Positions 37,949 to 54,561 of a stretch of 64,000 nucleotides of DNA are shown here, in pieces. The notes below the pieces were generated by a model. It was not told the DNA's origin. It was given only the letters and a program-made list of their open reading frames with translations, and searched no databases. The position numbers were made by a program, and so were the translations under genes. Each line of letters begins with the position of its first letter. Position 1 is the stretch's first letter. Origin of the DNA: the human T2T-CHM13v2.0 reference genome, Homo sapiens; assembly GCF_009914755.1 (NCBI RefSeq), contig NC_060941.1; one strand, given 5' to 3'.

Positions 37949-39523
37949 TCAAAAAAAAAAAAAAAAAAAAAGAAAAGCAAATACTCATTTTCTCTATTTC
38001 CTCATTTCCCACGTATCTCATCCATAGCACTTGGGCCTCTGCCCTCATCACTCTCGCTGATGTTACTAATGACCTCTCCTAATTGTCTTATCACCACTGT
38101 ATCCTTATTCCATTGGCCTTCTCTGAGTATCTATCTGATATGGCTCATCATGCTCTCCTTCTAGAATTAGATCAGACTGTACAAATACCTAGTCTCATAC
38201 CTCACACAATAAAGAGGATAGACAAACGTTTGTTAATTGGAAGATCAAATGTGACCAGTAAATGAAGCACTGTGAAAATTGTTAAGTGTTGTGTAAGTAC
38301 TATCATATTACAGGTGATCTGTAATCTGGCCGTTGAACTGGGAAAGCTCAAGGACACTGTGCTGAAGTTCCATTTAGGAAAAGGTCAGTGGTGATGTACA
38401 GGCAAGAGCCCTGCTGGCTTGTTTTAAAAAAATATGGGAGGCTCTGAAGGCTCTGCTCAACCTTAGAAAACAAGCTTCTGCACCAAAGAAATAGCCAAGA
38501 ACTACAAAGGACTTCAAGGAGACAGATGCCAAACAATAGGGGCTGAGAAGTTAAACTGGAGCCAGCGAAATGTGACCACCTCACTTCTTAATTTAGAAAT
38601 CTAAATCCTTCGTGGAACTCTGTCCAGTTAGATGAAAATAACATTGACACGATGGATAAAGTCCCTAGTTTTCATCTACCTGTCCAGAGAGAGTTCAACC
38701 TGACAATGTGAAGTGATACCTATCCATTGGCAAATAAATTAAAGGCACTGGTTACTGACTCACTGAAGCCCATACAAAGGGACTTGGGCTACACTTAGGG
38801 CTGCTTCAGGTTCAGTTTGAAAGACCTAGAGACCACTTGGTATAATTACTTTTCTGTACTCAATACAAATGCCATGTATATTAGACTTCCGGGGCTCTTT
38901 GCAGACCCAATTTCCCCCCCGCCCATGCTTCATAGGCTTATGGTGACGTAATTCTACCAGGGTTTCCATTATGTTCTATGTAATTATGCAAAGCATATTC
39001 TAATTTTACTGAAGTGTAAAATGAAACCTTTGGACTATAATACATTTTAAAGTAAGTTCATTTCCATCTTTTACTCTGGTTCCCTTGCACTGTACGCTGG
39101 CCCAAAGACCCAAGTAACTGATTTCTTTTCATGCTATCCTCAGGAAATAGCCTTGCTGGAGTCCAAATGTCCAAGGAAAATAGAAGACTACAGCACATTT
39201 ATAGCAAATAAGGACTGTACTGTGGGAGTTCTGCTAAGATAAATATAACTTGACATAATATCCAAGGACTGGTATCTCTGTCCATATTTTATCATATCAT
39301 TCCTATAGCCTCAATACTGTAAGTCACATTACTGTGGCAACCAGGCATAAGCTGTTTATTAACTTTTCCTTCTAAGAGAAATTTATGCCACACCTCCTGA
39401 ATTTATCACATTCAGGGACAAAAATCATGAATGTGATAAAATAATCCTTTCTATTACTGTCTCACCTATTTACACACCCTCTGTTTCTCTTCATCTACAT
39501 TAAAAGTAACCAATTTGAGGATT

Positions 39524-39668
39524 TTTTTTTAACTTTTAAGTTCAGGGGTACATATGCAGGTTTGTTACATAGGTAAACTTGTGTCATGGGGGTTTGTTGT
39601 ACAGATTATTTCATCACCCAGGTATTAAGCCTAGTACTCATTAGCTATTTTTTCCTGATCCTCTCCCT
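39524..39668 (-). mobile_element. L1 3'-end fragment (older L1PA/L1PB type)
   Basis: TTTTAAGTTCAGGGGTACATATGCAGGTTTGTTACATAGGTAAAC... antisense L1 3'UTR. Confidence 0.85.
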
Positions 39669-40611
39669 AGGCTGAATTTTTTTATGAAAAGGAAACACTT
39701 TCCCAAAAGATGTCAAATCTTGTAATGTCAAATCTTGAAAAAGATAATCAGCAGTAAAAGTTCTATTTTTCAAATTCATGAGCAAAATTATTGGTTATGT
39801 GTCCAATATACTTGTTTGCCTGCTTTTCTGCAAAGGGTCTCTATCAACATCTAGCTTTTTCTCAGCCAAATCGGACAGCCTCCAGGAGAGCTGATGATAC
39901 TGAAACTTAGTTGGGCAAAGGCTTCCAGCTCAGAGAAGTGATATGCTTGTAAGGGTGTAGAATCTCTTTTTCTAGAAACACCCTGGCTTCCCACCAATCA
40001 ATTCTCTCTTCTCAATGCAGCTTTTATTTAAGCTATAATCTACACTTTCCCACTCCATACCAGCTGGATACTTTCCCTAATAAACAGATCTCTGTGCAGT
40101 ACACTGCAGAACTGAGCATTCTTCCAAAGGGAAGGAGAAATCCTGTTGCCTCTCTTTACTCAATCTGGTTGAGCTCCAGGCATGGCAGCTATGCAAGATG
40201 AGATGACTCTGCAGAAAATCAACACCACCACTTGCAGCTAGAATGCCTCTTTTTCCGTGTCAACTGCTAGGAAAGCCAGCAGGGCAAAGACTCAATGGAG
40301 AAGAGATAGGGAGTTGGACATAGGATATGGCAGTGTAAACAAAGGGAGGAAGCCACCAAGGAACAAGTATAATAAGATGTTTAGACAACCTGTTCATGCA
40401 TTTACTTTGTTAAGTAGGATTTAAATTACAGAGATCCTCAATTTTGAAGTTTTTTTTCCCCCAAATAAATATTCACAATAGAAAGAAAATGTCCATTTTC
40501 TAGAATACAGAATTATACCTGAAGCTGAAGAGATTTTCCTTTGTTCAAAAATATGTACATATATACACAATGCTGATGTGCAAAACAAGTACACAGATGT
40601 GTATTTAAAAA

Positions 40612-40915
40612 GTAAAAACTTCTATGTGATACTCTAATAGTGAATACAGACAACAAATTTGTCCAAATCCATATAACGTACAACACCAAGAGTGAACCCT
40701 ATTGTAAACTATGGACTTTAGTTTACAATGATGTGCCAATGTAGAATAATGTGCTGTAACAAATGTTACACTCATTTGTTACACTCCACTCTGGTGGAGG
40801 ATGTTGACAATGGGGGAAACTATGCATGTGTTGGGATAAGTTGTATATGGGAAATCTCTATACCTTTTGCTCAATTTTGCTGTGAACCTAAAACTACTCT
40901 TTAAAAAAATAAAGA
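40612..40915 (+). mobile_element. L1M (L1MC-like) 3'-end fragment
   Basis: ACAACACCAAGAGTGAACCCTATTGTAAACTATGGACTTT...AACCTAAAACT. Confidence 0.75.
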
Positions 40916-41059
40916 CAATGTATCATATCTGTGTGTGTATACACAAAAATATATATGTACATCTATAAATAAAAGTAAAAAAGATTGGGGCTGGGCGCGA
41001 TGGCTCATGCCTGTAATCCCGGCACTTTGGGAGGCTGAGGCGGGAGGATCAGGAGTTCA

Positions 41060-41333
<274 letters not shown>

Positions 41334-43156
41334 TTAAATAAATATGATAATCTGTTGTCTTCTAAAATTTTTAAAAATGAACATGGATTATCATTATTTT
41401 TAGACAGGCTCTCTCTTTGTTGCTCAGGGTGGAGTGCAGTGGCATGATCATGGCTCACCGCAGCCTCAAACTCCCAGGCTCAGGTGATTCTCCTGCTTTG
41501 GCCACCCCAAGTGCTGGGATTATAGGTGTGAGCCACCACACCTGGCCAGAATTATTTTTTTAATAAGAAAAAAACTCAAGACAGAAGATTATACCTGACA
41601 ATAATGAAATCATGGTATTAATCTACTGGCACAAATGCTCAAATGCATTTGTAGTTGATTAGAGAAATGTAATTTTGGGGAAATTAGATTGTTTTTTCTG
41701 CTTACAATACTATTAAAATTTGCTTGCATGGCCTAAAATATACCATTTGAGGAGTAGTTCTTGAGTGGGTGGCACCAGAGACACAGGGAAGCATGCATGA
41801 AATAAAACAGGTTGATCAGTCAGAATCTGACTGTATTTCATATTTATCATGTCTATATTCTTTTACGTGTTAAAAGTCAAGCTCAATGGGAAACTTGACT
41901 TTCAAGTTTGCAGCTTCAGTCACATGAGCTCCTTTTGACTACAGATATTTGTCCTTCATAAAAATTAGTCTCAGGGAAACAGTTGGGAGGGCCCCATAGA
42001 ACGAGTGACTCACAAGTTTTCTATAGATAACACAAAGATTCTTTCCAATAATACAAGAGCAGGATATATCTGAATCCTTGTGGAAGTATATGTAAGAGAC
42101 AACAAAGCCAGGTGTCTTGCAAATGGAAAAGCCAATGACAGTTTTGCAGTATGATCTACAACCAGAAATGCCAACACATACTGGTCAGTTAAAGTAATGG
42201 AAAAGAAGTCCCCCTCCCAACTCACAGCTTTTCATGAGTAATTTCATAGCTAATATACCACTATGAATCACTCTAGACACATATATCCTAGAGTGTCAAC
42301 AAGTTATTTCAGGGCACAAGCCTTCAAAGGCATAGTCTGAGTGCCTCATGAAATAAACTCTTGAATATTCAGAGTGAGGTGGATCCAGTTTAGTCAGTTC
42401 CTGAGCATTTATTCTCCTTCTCTTCTGTTTCCCAGCTTCTAATCATTTCACAGTTCATAAACGTCCTCAAGAAGAGAAAGGAAGTGAAATTCAAACCAAC
42501 TGATTTACTTCCTTGTAAGCATTTTTGGTGAAAGTGTGTGGGAAGTGGACACAAAATGAGGTTTTGGCATTCTCCATTGATTTTAATTATTCTTGTTAAC
42601 TTTGTTCCCACTAAATGTACAGATAAGAACTAAAACTCTAACACTTGAGAGAAAAATAGACTTTAGAAGCTTTCAAAATCTACCTGTCAGAGAGGTCTCC
42701 TTGGGCTAATTACAAAAGGTCACTAAATGTTCAGGAACCATGAAGAACAATTTTTAGTCACCAATTTTTTGGTAATCATAAAAGTAGGGACTCAAAGTGT
42801 AGCTACAAGGTTTCATATGTTTGAAAGTCCAGTAGTCTCTTGTCTCTCAGTTATATAGTAGCTCCCACCAGCTCTGCTCAGATATATCAGAACTTAGACA
42901 CATTTGGCAGATTTGAGAGTGATCTTAAAGGATCATCCTATTTGGGGCCAGGCGCGATGGCTCATGCCGGTAATTTGGGGCCAGGTGCGATGGCTCATGC
43001 CTGTAATCCCAGCACTTTGGGAAGGACTAGGTGAGTGGATTGCTTGAGCTCAGGAGTTCGAGACCACCCTGGGAAACATGGTAAAACCCCATCTCCACAA
43101 AAAATACAAAAATTAGCTGGGGGCTGGTGGCACACGCTTGTGGTCCCAGCTACTCA

Positions 43157-43654
<498 letters not shown>

Positions 43655-43755
43655 TTACATTTTATTTATGTATAATAAAATTTAATAATTACCCCTGCCC
43701 ATGAGTCCATATGGGCTAGCGTTAGCACACCACTTAAAGTGGCTTTAAAACTTAC

Positions 43756-43884
43756 CAGGAACACATGCTCAAATATCTGTGTAGGGCTATCCATTTGACC
43801 AAGGATCACTATCATTTCATTGTCTATAAATTCCTTGAATTCCCGCAAGTTGCACACCATTTGCATTTCCAACTCTGTTCTTAT
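43756..43884 (-). CDS. SSH2: SSH2 nominal exon 10 (129 nt), IRTELEMQ...IFEHVFL
   Basis: Acceptor tttcag|ATA, donor CTG|gtaagt; phase 0-0. Confidence 0.96.
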
Positions 43885-44018
43885 CTGAAACAAAGATGAT
43901 ATATTGGACCCATCTCTTAAAGTCCCTCTGTACTTTCAACCATGCACTATTTCCAGCCCCACACCTACTGTTATCCCACTGCTAGCCTTGGAACAAACAA
44001 GGACTCAAGGTCTCTTAC

Positions 44019-44112
44019 CTCTTTGGATGTAATATTCTCCAAATCCTTCTGCATCATGATCTCCCTTAATTTGGTTTTAATTAGCCTTTCTGTTCGTTCA
44101 CGTTCAGTAGGT
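44019..44112 (-). CDS. SSH2: SSH2 nominal exon 9 (94 nt), PTERERTERLIKTKLREIMMQKDLENITSKE (DEK_C-like)
   Basis: Acceptor ttctcag|A, donor GAG|gtaaga; 134-nt intron to exon 10. Confidence 0.95.
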
Positions 44113-44257
44113 CTGAGAAGAGAGAAATAACGATTATTCTTAAACGATATTCTTAATAACGATTATTCTTAAATGGGAAAGAAAGAAGAATGATCCTGTC
44201 TTCTTCAATAAGGCAAATCCTTTTCCAAAATCGGTTCTAGAGATCAACAACTTAGAG

Positions 44258-44567
44258 CGTGGGTCCCCAGTGAGTACCGGTCAGTGGCCTGTTAGAAGCC
44301 GGGCAGCAGAACAGGAGGTGAGCAGCGGGCAAGCATTACTGCCTGAACTCCGCCTCCTGTCAGATCAGTGGCAGCATTAGATTCTCATAGGAGCGCAAAC
44401 CCTATTGTGAACTGCACATGTGAGGGATCAAGGTTGTGTGCTCCTTATGAGAAGCTAACTAACGCCTGATGATCTGAGGTGAAACAGTTTCATCATGAAA
44501 CCATCCCCACTCCACTGCTCCGTCTGTGGAAACTGGTCTCTGGTGCCAAAAAGGCTGGGGACTGCTG
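44258..44567. mobile_element. MER1B-like hAT-Charlie DNA transposon
   Basis: Recognisable internal sequence (CTCCGCCTCCTGTCAGATCAG...ATTAGATTCTCATAGGAGC), GTCCCC/GGGGAC terminal inverted repeats, TSD-like ACTTAGAG/ACTTAAGA. Confidence 0.85.
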
Positions 44568-45454
44568 ACTTAAGAGCCCTTCCATCCAGAATGCTTTCCT
44601 TTTAATGACAACTCTCACAATATCTCTGTGAAACACTTATCCTTTTCTATAGGGAGAGGAAACAAACAACTGAAAAGCTAAATGACATGCTGATAACCAT
44701 GCTGGGGCAGGAGAACTACAACGCTCAGCCTAGCCTAATGCTCTACCTGAAGGATTATGTCACTTCCTTTAGTCTTCTGACTCTCTTAAAAATAAAATCA
44801 CCCTTGGAACTTTAATATGAAATCAAACTAGGTAGCTGACTCTCCAATTATTAGAAAGGTAGTGGTTCAATGTAACTGGATACTCCTCCTCTAAAGCATT
44901 ATTTCAGATTATGCAGAATTTGAATGAGGTTGACAGAGAGTACTTTGTTTCATCTCCTCCCCAACTCCCACCACCTACTCAAGAAAGGTATCTGGCTCTG
45001 CACCTCCTTATTTGGAGATGAAAATGGACTAAGCTTTCAGGCATCCTGCCTGCCCTTGCTGCCTACAGCCTTATCACTGGTTGCAAAAATAGCTTTGGTA
45101 ATCTCCAAAGATGGATGCTCCAACCCCACAACCTTGGGGCTTCCCACCACTTGGACTCTTAATTTCTCATGAACCCTACAGAATACAGCTAATACCTGAG
45201 CTGTTTCTCTTCAACCAGCCAAGGTATTCCTGTCTTAACTAGGATTAAAATTCTTATCCATGCTTTATTTGTCCTAGACATAGCTAATGGTAGAAAATAA
45301 ATGTATAATTTCAGTCTTCCATTAAAAATAAATATTGGGCCAGGCACAGTGGTTAATGCATGTAATCCCAGCACTTTGGGAGGCCGAGGTGGGTGGACTG
45401 CTTGAGCTTAAGAGTTTGAGACTAGCCCAGGCAATTGGCAAAACCGCGTATCTA

Positions 45455-45667
<213 letters not shown>

Positions 45668-45947
45668 TCATGGGTCAGATTCCCTAGTTCCTAAGCAATT
45701 TTCCCCTCAATCCCTCACAAGTGTTTGAGGCAGAGTGGTTGGGGAGTAGAAAGACCTAGGTTTTAATCCCAGCCCTGCTATTGGTGGTGTGACTTCTAAC
45801 AAGTTCCTTCTCTTCCCTGAGCCTCTGTTTCCTTTTCTATAAAATGAGTAGAGCAGGCCGGGTGTGGTAGCTCACACCTATAATCCCAGCACTTTGGGAG
45901 GCTGAGGCAGGTGGATCACCTGAGGTTAAGAGTTCGAGACCAGCCTA

Positions 45948-46190
<243 letters not shown>

Positions 46191-46644
46191 TTATGAGGAT
46201 TAAACAACATGTATGAAGTGCTGGGCATAACACCAGATGTGTATCCCATATATGTATATTCCCTTCTTCCTCCTTTCCTTAGATTTCAAAATATAAATTA
46301 TTCACAGCAGAGTATTTCAGTCCATTTTGGCACACATTCTCCCTGTATTCTCAGCTTTGTTTTATAAGCTTTTCTAGTCAGTTTAGGGAGGAGGAGGAAT
46401 GGAAAAAGCATTACAACACACAAATCTGCTTTTTCCTCCTCAATTTCATTGGAGAAAAATTTGGAAAATACATAAAAATATAAAGTAAATAAAAACCACT
46501 GAAAATCCCTCTACCCAGAGATAATTATTAACACTCTGGCCTACAGCTTTCATGTATTCTTTTTCCGTAAACAGACAGAAGTTCTTAAGATATATCTCAA
46601 AATTAGGGTTATTATTATACATACTAAGAACTAACAGTTAATAA

Positions 46645-47007
<363 letters not shown>

Positions 47008-47421
47008 TGATCTACCTGCCTTGGCCTCCCAAAGTGCTGAGATTACAGGCATGAGCCACCACCCACCACGCCCGACTGTCTCTAATAAAATATGGGAAAA
47101 ATGGGAAGAAAAGTTACCTCTCTCTCATCTAAGTCTGGTTTAGAATGTGCTTTTTTGAGCTAGATGAGACATCCATTTCTCTGAAACCCATCATCCAGCT
47201 GTAAAGCATGAAATCACCAGTAACATTTCCCATGAACCTTTATCTTTTCAATTACTGTGAGATCTTGAAAAGACCAAGGCTACTAAAAAGAAGGTCCTAG
47301 CAGCAAAAACATCCTGTGCAAAAAAAGATTCCACTGCTTTTTTGACTGTTCCTTTCATACAATTTTTGGAAAGTTCACCTTTTCTAGTAAAGAGCATTTT
47401 TTAGGGCAGGTGTGGTGGCTA

Positions 47422-47731
<310 letters not shown>

Positions 47732-48823
47732 TTAGGAATCTAAAGGAGAATCCTGAAGGTCAGACAGTAACTAGCTACTCTTCTTTCCCTGCTGTAGAAT
47801 ACCTTGGAAGTGCAGAAAGATCAAATTAGAGCAAAAGAAACATCATGACGAATTTACAAAGCAGGCACTAAGTGTAAAAAAATTTCCAAAATAGTCACAG
47901 AAGTTTCAACACATAGACCTAAAAAGGAAATAAACATCAGCTTTACCTTAGGCCTTTATCTAACTCACAGTACACTAGGGAGATTTAATTAAATTGTACT
48001 GACAAGGACTTAACAAGGCAAAGGTAGAGCAGAATGACATCTGAATGATAAAATATTTAAAAAAAATTTTTTAAGTTAAAAATTAGCAGGCTGGGCGTAG
48101 TGGCTCACACTTGTAATCCCAGCACTTTGGTAGGCCGAGGCAGGAGGACTGAGGCCAGGAGTTTAAGACCAGCCTGGGCAACATAGTGAGACCCTATCTC
48201 TAAAAAAATAAAAATTTAAAAATTAGCCAGGTGTGGTGGCACATGCCTGTAGTCCCAGGTACTTTGCAGGCTGAAGTGAGAGGATCACTTCACCCAGGAG
48301 TTTGAGGCTGCAGTGAGCTATGATTGTGCCACTGCACTCCAGCCTGGGTGACAGAGTGAGATCCTGTCTCTTAAAAAAAAAAATTAGCTTATTAGTTAAG
48401 GCATTCTTTTAAGTTGACTGGAAACATCTTGTTTTAAGTATTACAAACATGACTTTGAAAGCTTCTTTATATCACTAATATGCTTACTAAAATGATTCTT
48501 TCAGATAATGCAAACTCAAACTTCAGCCCAACTCCTTTAAACTCAAATTTCAAATTAATGGAATCTGAATAATGAAATTTTATCGTATTGAAGTTTTTGA
48601 CTATGGAGACTCTATTGTGCCTTGGGGTGAAGCTTCTCAGGCCTTTGCAGGCAACAGCAAGAATAGGATTCTTCATATGTGGCAGACACGTGCTATTCAC
48701 AATGACTAATATTCCTAGGTAAGATTAACTCCCCAAGAGAAAAGATTAGGGAGGAACATGCTTCTTATGACTCCTCAGGACATAATGGAGAGAACTTCCA
48801 TAATCCTTAGCAAACTGACTTAC

Positions 48824-49018
48824 ATGTCGGTGAAGAGAGCTGGAGAGTCGGGCCGGTGGGACTGTACATCTTGCATTGCATTCCATTCATTGACTGAGGA
48901 TTGATCTGAGTTGATATGGCTCTCATAATAACTCACCCAAGTGAGAAATAGGCTGCCTGGGTAGTAGTTATGCGCTCTGGCGACTTCACAAGCCTTGTGT
49001 AAGCTCTGTAGTGCAGAC
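48824..49018 (-). CDS. SSH2: SSH2 nominal exon 8 (195 nt), SALQSLHKACE...ALFTD
   Basis: Acceptor tttcag|G, donor AT|gtaagt; phase 2-2. Confidence 0.96.
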
Positions 49019-49620
49019 CTGAAAGACATGCTGGGAAATGAGCACCATAGAACTGTGGGGTGCCAAAGGCCAATAACCTGTGTACTCCAAACTCTTCTAA
49101 TTTTTAAATTCTATAGAATTTGTCCTCTGGACAATCTACTCCTTGAAAGTCAAGATTCTCCAATTCTGATTATACCATATTATCTATCCACAGCAATGGA
49201 CAAGACATTTGCTGAAAGATATGATGCATCATTAAGGTAGGGAGAAGGCGGGGAAGGACAGCTGACAACTCACCAGTGAAAAATAGGTCCAGGTACCTAT
49301 GGAGCACATGATCCTATAGTTGGGACCATGCAGTGACTGCCGTATCATTAGAAAACTAAAGATCTGAATAATTTGCCATATAAAGATTTGTTTCCCTCAG
49401 CACAGGATGTTACAGCATATATTTTCTGTAATTCTTAACAGGCTTCACAAAGATCACATAGATAGATGTCCCTAAGCCTTGAGGACATGTCCTTTAATGT
49501 CCAGGAAGTGTTGATCTAATGATATTTATTATTCCTGCTGCCTTAGTCTCCTAGTCTCTTTAAATCCATGAGCTACTTTCTAAGAACAGATCTGGTTATT
49601 CTTTTTTGTTGAGACAGTGA

Positions 49621-49920
<300 letters not shown>

Positions 49921-50268
49921 TAAACCTTCTGGCTCTGTCTGAACTCAGGAACCCAAGAAGAGTAAACAAACAGAAAAGTATGTTTTTCATTATATATGTG
50001 GGAAAAGCTTAAGGTAGAAATACTAGGAAGTTATACAAGAGCAAGAACTTTTCTACATTTTGTTTACCCAAGTGACTAAAAGAATACCTAGTTCACAAGT
50101 GGAGCTCAATTAGTATTTGTTGAGTGAAATGTCATTAGCTATAAACTAATGTCTCCCTAAGAAAAAAAGACATTATGGCCAGGCACGGTGGCTCACGCCT
50201 GTAATCCTAGCACTTTGGGAGGCCAAGGTGGGTGGATCACTTGAGGTCAGGAGATCGAGATCAGCCTA

Positions 50269-51050
<782 letters not shown>

Positions 51051-51576
51051 ATACAATGTAAATTAAGAAAACAAATTTAAACCAATTTAATCAGAGGAAA
51101 ATGTGTCAGTCCATTTTTATTAGGAAAACACATTTTTCCTTAAAAACAAAGTTGCAGAGTCTTTTAAAAATGCTTTATATTACTCAAAGTAAGCCAAAGT
51201 CTCAAGAGAATAATCTGAGAATTTCAGTTTCATTACACAGATTCAAAGGTAAGAGCCAGCTTAGTGTAACTTACAGGATGCCTAATGCATGTTTCTTCAT
51301 CTAGGAAACACATGCTCCAAAAGCATATGCCACAGAGTCTGGTGCAACGGTCCTAAAATACACTCAAGGCCTAGCCACCTCAGATACTCCAGCTGCATCA
51401 GAGTGGGAGGCTGCAGTAACTATCTTCCTGTGAAGGAAACACCTGGTCTAAATGTTGCTTTGATCCACACATCATCTATTTTTTTCCCCCTGTGACTTCA
51501 ACTCACTACTCCCCATAAGGTATATCAAGAAAAGTTTATTTTGCAATAAGAGCTAGGACCAGTCAATTTACTTTTA

Positions 51577-51820
51577 CAGGGGTGTCCAATTTTTTGGCTT
51601 CCCTGGGCCACATCGGAAGAACTGTCTTGGGCCACACACAAAATACCGTAATGATAGCTGATGAGCTTAAAAAAAAATGCAAAAAAATCTCATCATATTT
51701 TAGGAAAGTTTTATGAATTTGGATTAGAATTTTAGGAAAGTTTTATGAATTTGTGTTGGGCCGCATGCAAAGCCATCCTGGGCTGCATGTGGCCTATGGG
51801 CCACGGGTTGGACAAGCTTG
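51577..51820. mobile_element. MER30-like hAT-Charlie DNA transposon
   Basis: CAGGGGTGTCCAA...TTGGACAAGCTTG termini and typical internal sequence. Confidence 0.85.
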
Positions 51821-53120
51821 CTTTAGAACATCAAAGCTTGATTTAAGGTTATTACTTGAATTAAGACTGCTCTGTACTCTTCCCCAAAATATACCTGAAA
51901 ATGCTGTCATTTATCGTTGTTACTGCTGTTTGGTTTTACTTGTTACTTAGGAATAGATAAGTCAATTGTCTTTAACTGAGCCTTAGTCAAAGGGGGTCAT
52001 AAATTTCCTGTTTTCCATGAGAAACTTACCTGCAAAATATGCCCTAACTCTAAAAATCTGGTCTAAACACATGACCTGAAACTGTCCTATCTCAATCACT
52101 GCAGGAAATGATAAGACTTAATTTTTCAGTGAGTCTTTGGATTCCACCCACCTCCATCCTATCAATTCTGTTTTCAGGGGTAGATTATCTCCCTGGGGTC
52201 TTTTTCAGGCTCTTTTATTTCTTGTTTTGCTTGCATTCTATCCATTCCGCTCCCCATGGGGACTTCTACTACCTAACAGGCAGCTGAATAGGAAACTGAA
52301 ATTCAAATCCCTGACTGGGGAATGGATTCTGAATCTTAGTCACATCATTCTCTGGTTGTATTAGATAATTTTCTAGATAATCTAAAATAAGAGAATAAGA
52401 GGCCAGGTGCAGTGGCTCACACCTGCAATCTCAGCACTTTGGGAGGCCAAGGCAGGAGGACGGCTTGAGGCCAGGAGTTCAAGACCAGCCTGGGCAACAC
52501 AGAGAGACCCCCATCTCCACAAAAAAAATTAAAAAAAAAATTAGCCAGGTGTAGTGGCACATGCCTGTAGTCATAGCTGCTTAGGAGGCTGAGGTAGGAA
52601 GAACACTCGAGCCCAGGAGTTGGAGGCTGCCATAAGCTATGATTGCACCACTGCACTCCAGCCTGGGCGACAGAGGGAGACCCTGTCTCTTTAAAGGAGA
52701 GAGAGAGAGAGATATGAGAGAGAGAGAGAGATCTATCCTGTCTAAATGTAAGAAATACTCTCAGGGCAGTTATGTAACCCATCCAAAGCATGTTTTCTCA
52801 CCCATAATAAGGGGCTAATAATATTATTTTGGGGGCTTGGTATGATGATTAAATATAATCCATGCAAAGCATCTGGCATGTAGTAAATAGCCCTGAAATG
52901 TCCATATGCCAGCTGATGGTTATTAGCAAGTATAATGTTTTCTCTAGGCTTTATTTGCATTATGCAAATAGCCACCAGCAGTTTAAATGGAAATTTATTT
53001 ATCCATAAAGTAACGAATGCTATCCCTGGTTACCTTAGGAAATAGCTAATGCAGGCCAGGCGCAGTGGCTACGCCTGTAATCCCAGCACTTCGGGAGGCC
53101 AAGGCGGGGTCAGGAGTTCA

Positions 53121-53450
<330 letters not shown>

Positions 53451-53708
53451 CTAAACCGTTAAGTCTCTGCCAGAGCCTAAGAATAACACCTCTGAATTCC
53501 TCTGAATTTCACTTGTTCACCAATACTCAAGGCCTTCCAATTGCAACAATTTGAATATTGCATTTCTAGGTCATCTTTAACTACGATGGTTATACAAACA
53601 GATCATTTAGCATTTTCATAGCAAACTGTACCATTTCAAACATTTCTTACAAAATATTCCTCCAATAACATTAAAACACTTTTGTAGAGATAGTAAAAGT
53701 CATCTTAC

Positions 53709-53774
53709 CACATTGCCTGCACAGATACAGGTTTGAATATGTGAACTCTGTTATCCGTCGATACACTGAACCCA
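53709..53774 (-). CDS. SSH2: SSH2 nominal exon 7 (66 nt), GFSVSTDNRVHIFKPVSVQAM
   Basis: Acceptor ccttag|T, donor TG|gtaaga; phase 2-2. Confidence 0.95.
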
Positions 53775-54561
53775 CTAAGGACAAATGAGAACAAGACAAA
53801 AATCCACAAATTAGGGTAGGTTATTTGAATTGTGAGTTTTCATGGATGTATCCCAGGCTAAAAACAACTGGCTCCGTAGAGGGAATCATCAGGCATTTCA
53901 CGTAGAAGTTTTAACTAGAGTGTAAGACTTGACCAAAAAGCTTTGACAAATTGTCTGACTTCATCTACCAGGCAAAATGAATGGATTCCTATATTGGAGT
54001 TAGAGAATTCAATACAGTTTCCCAGCTGTAGCTATGGACAAACTGTTCTGTATATTTCTATTTGGAAGTCTTGTGGGTTCTTAGCAAACCTGACCCTGGT
54101 TTTATAAACTGGAGCAAACATCTTGGTCTCTTGGGGACACATTCTAAAAACATTAGGAGGTAGGGTGGGGGTGGGGTCACTGGAAGGAACTGGCACAGGA
54201 AAGGGGTTATACTGTAGGCTGACAGCTGGCAGAGGCAGCAAGAGGTTATTTGAAACAGAACATATCATCCTTTGGGAGAGCATTGCAACAGTCCCACATA
54301 CTCAGATTAAAGAGCCAACAAACTAGTTCTTCTTTGTCTTGATTCCTACCACAGTCGGCCTAGAAGAACAGAAGTGAGAGACCCTGGCAAGTTGTATTTT
54401 TACTCCACTTTACAAAACAGGAGTTTAAAAGGACTCATTCAGCTGTTGACATGAAAGTTCAGTTGGCACACTGGGCCTCCCTTTTAGCTGAATGAATGTG
54501 CAGTAAGATGGAGCCCCACCCCTTGGCTTTCTGTAACAGAATAAAAAAGGAAATCTCTTAC

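Noticed and set aside
40962-40972. MEF2-like CTATAAATAA motif
   Set aside because: Lies in the AT-rich tail of an L1 remnant; expected by chance
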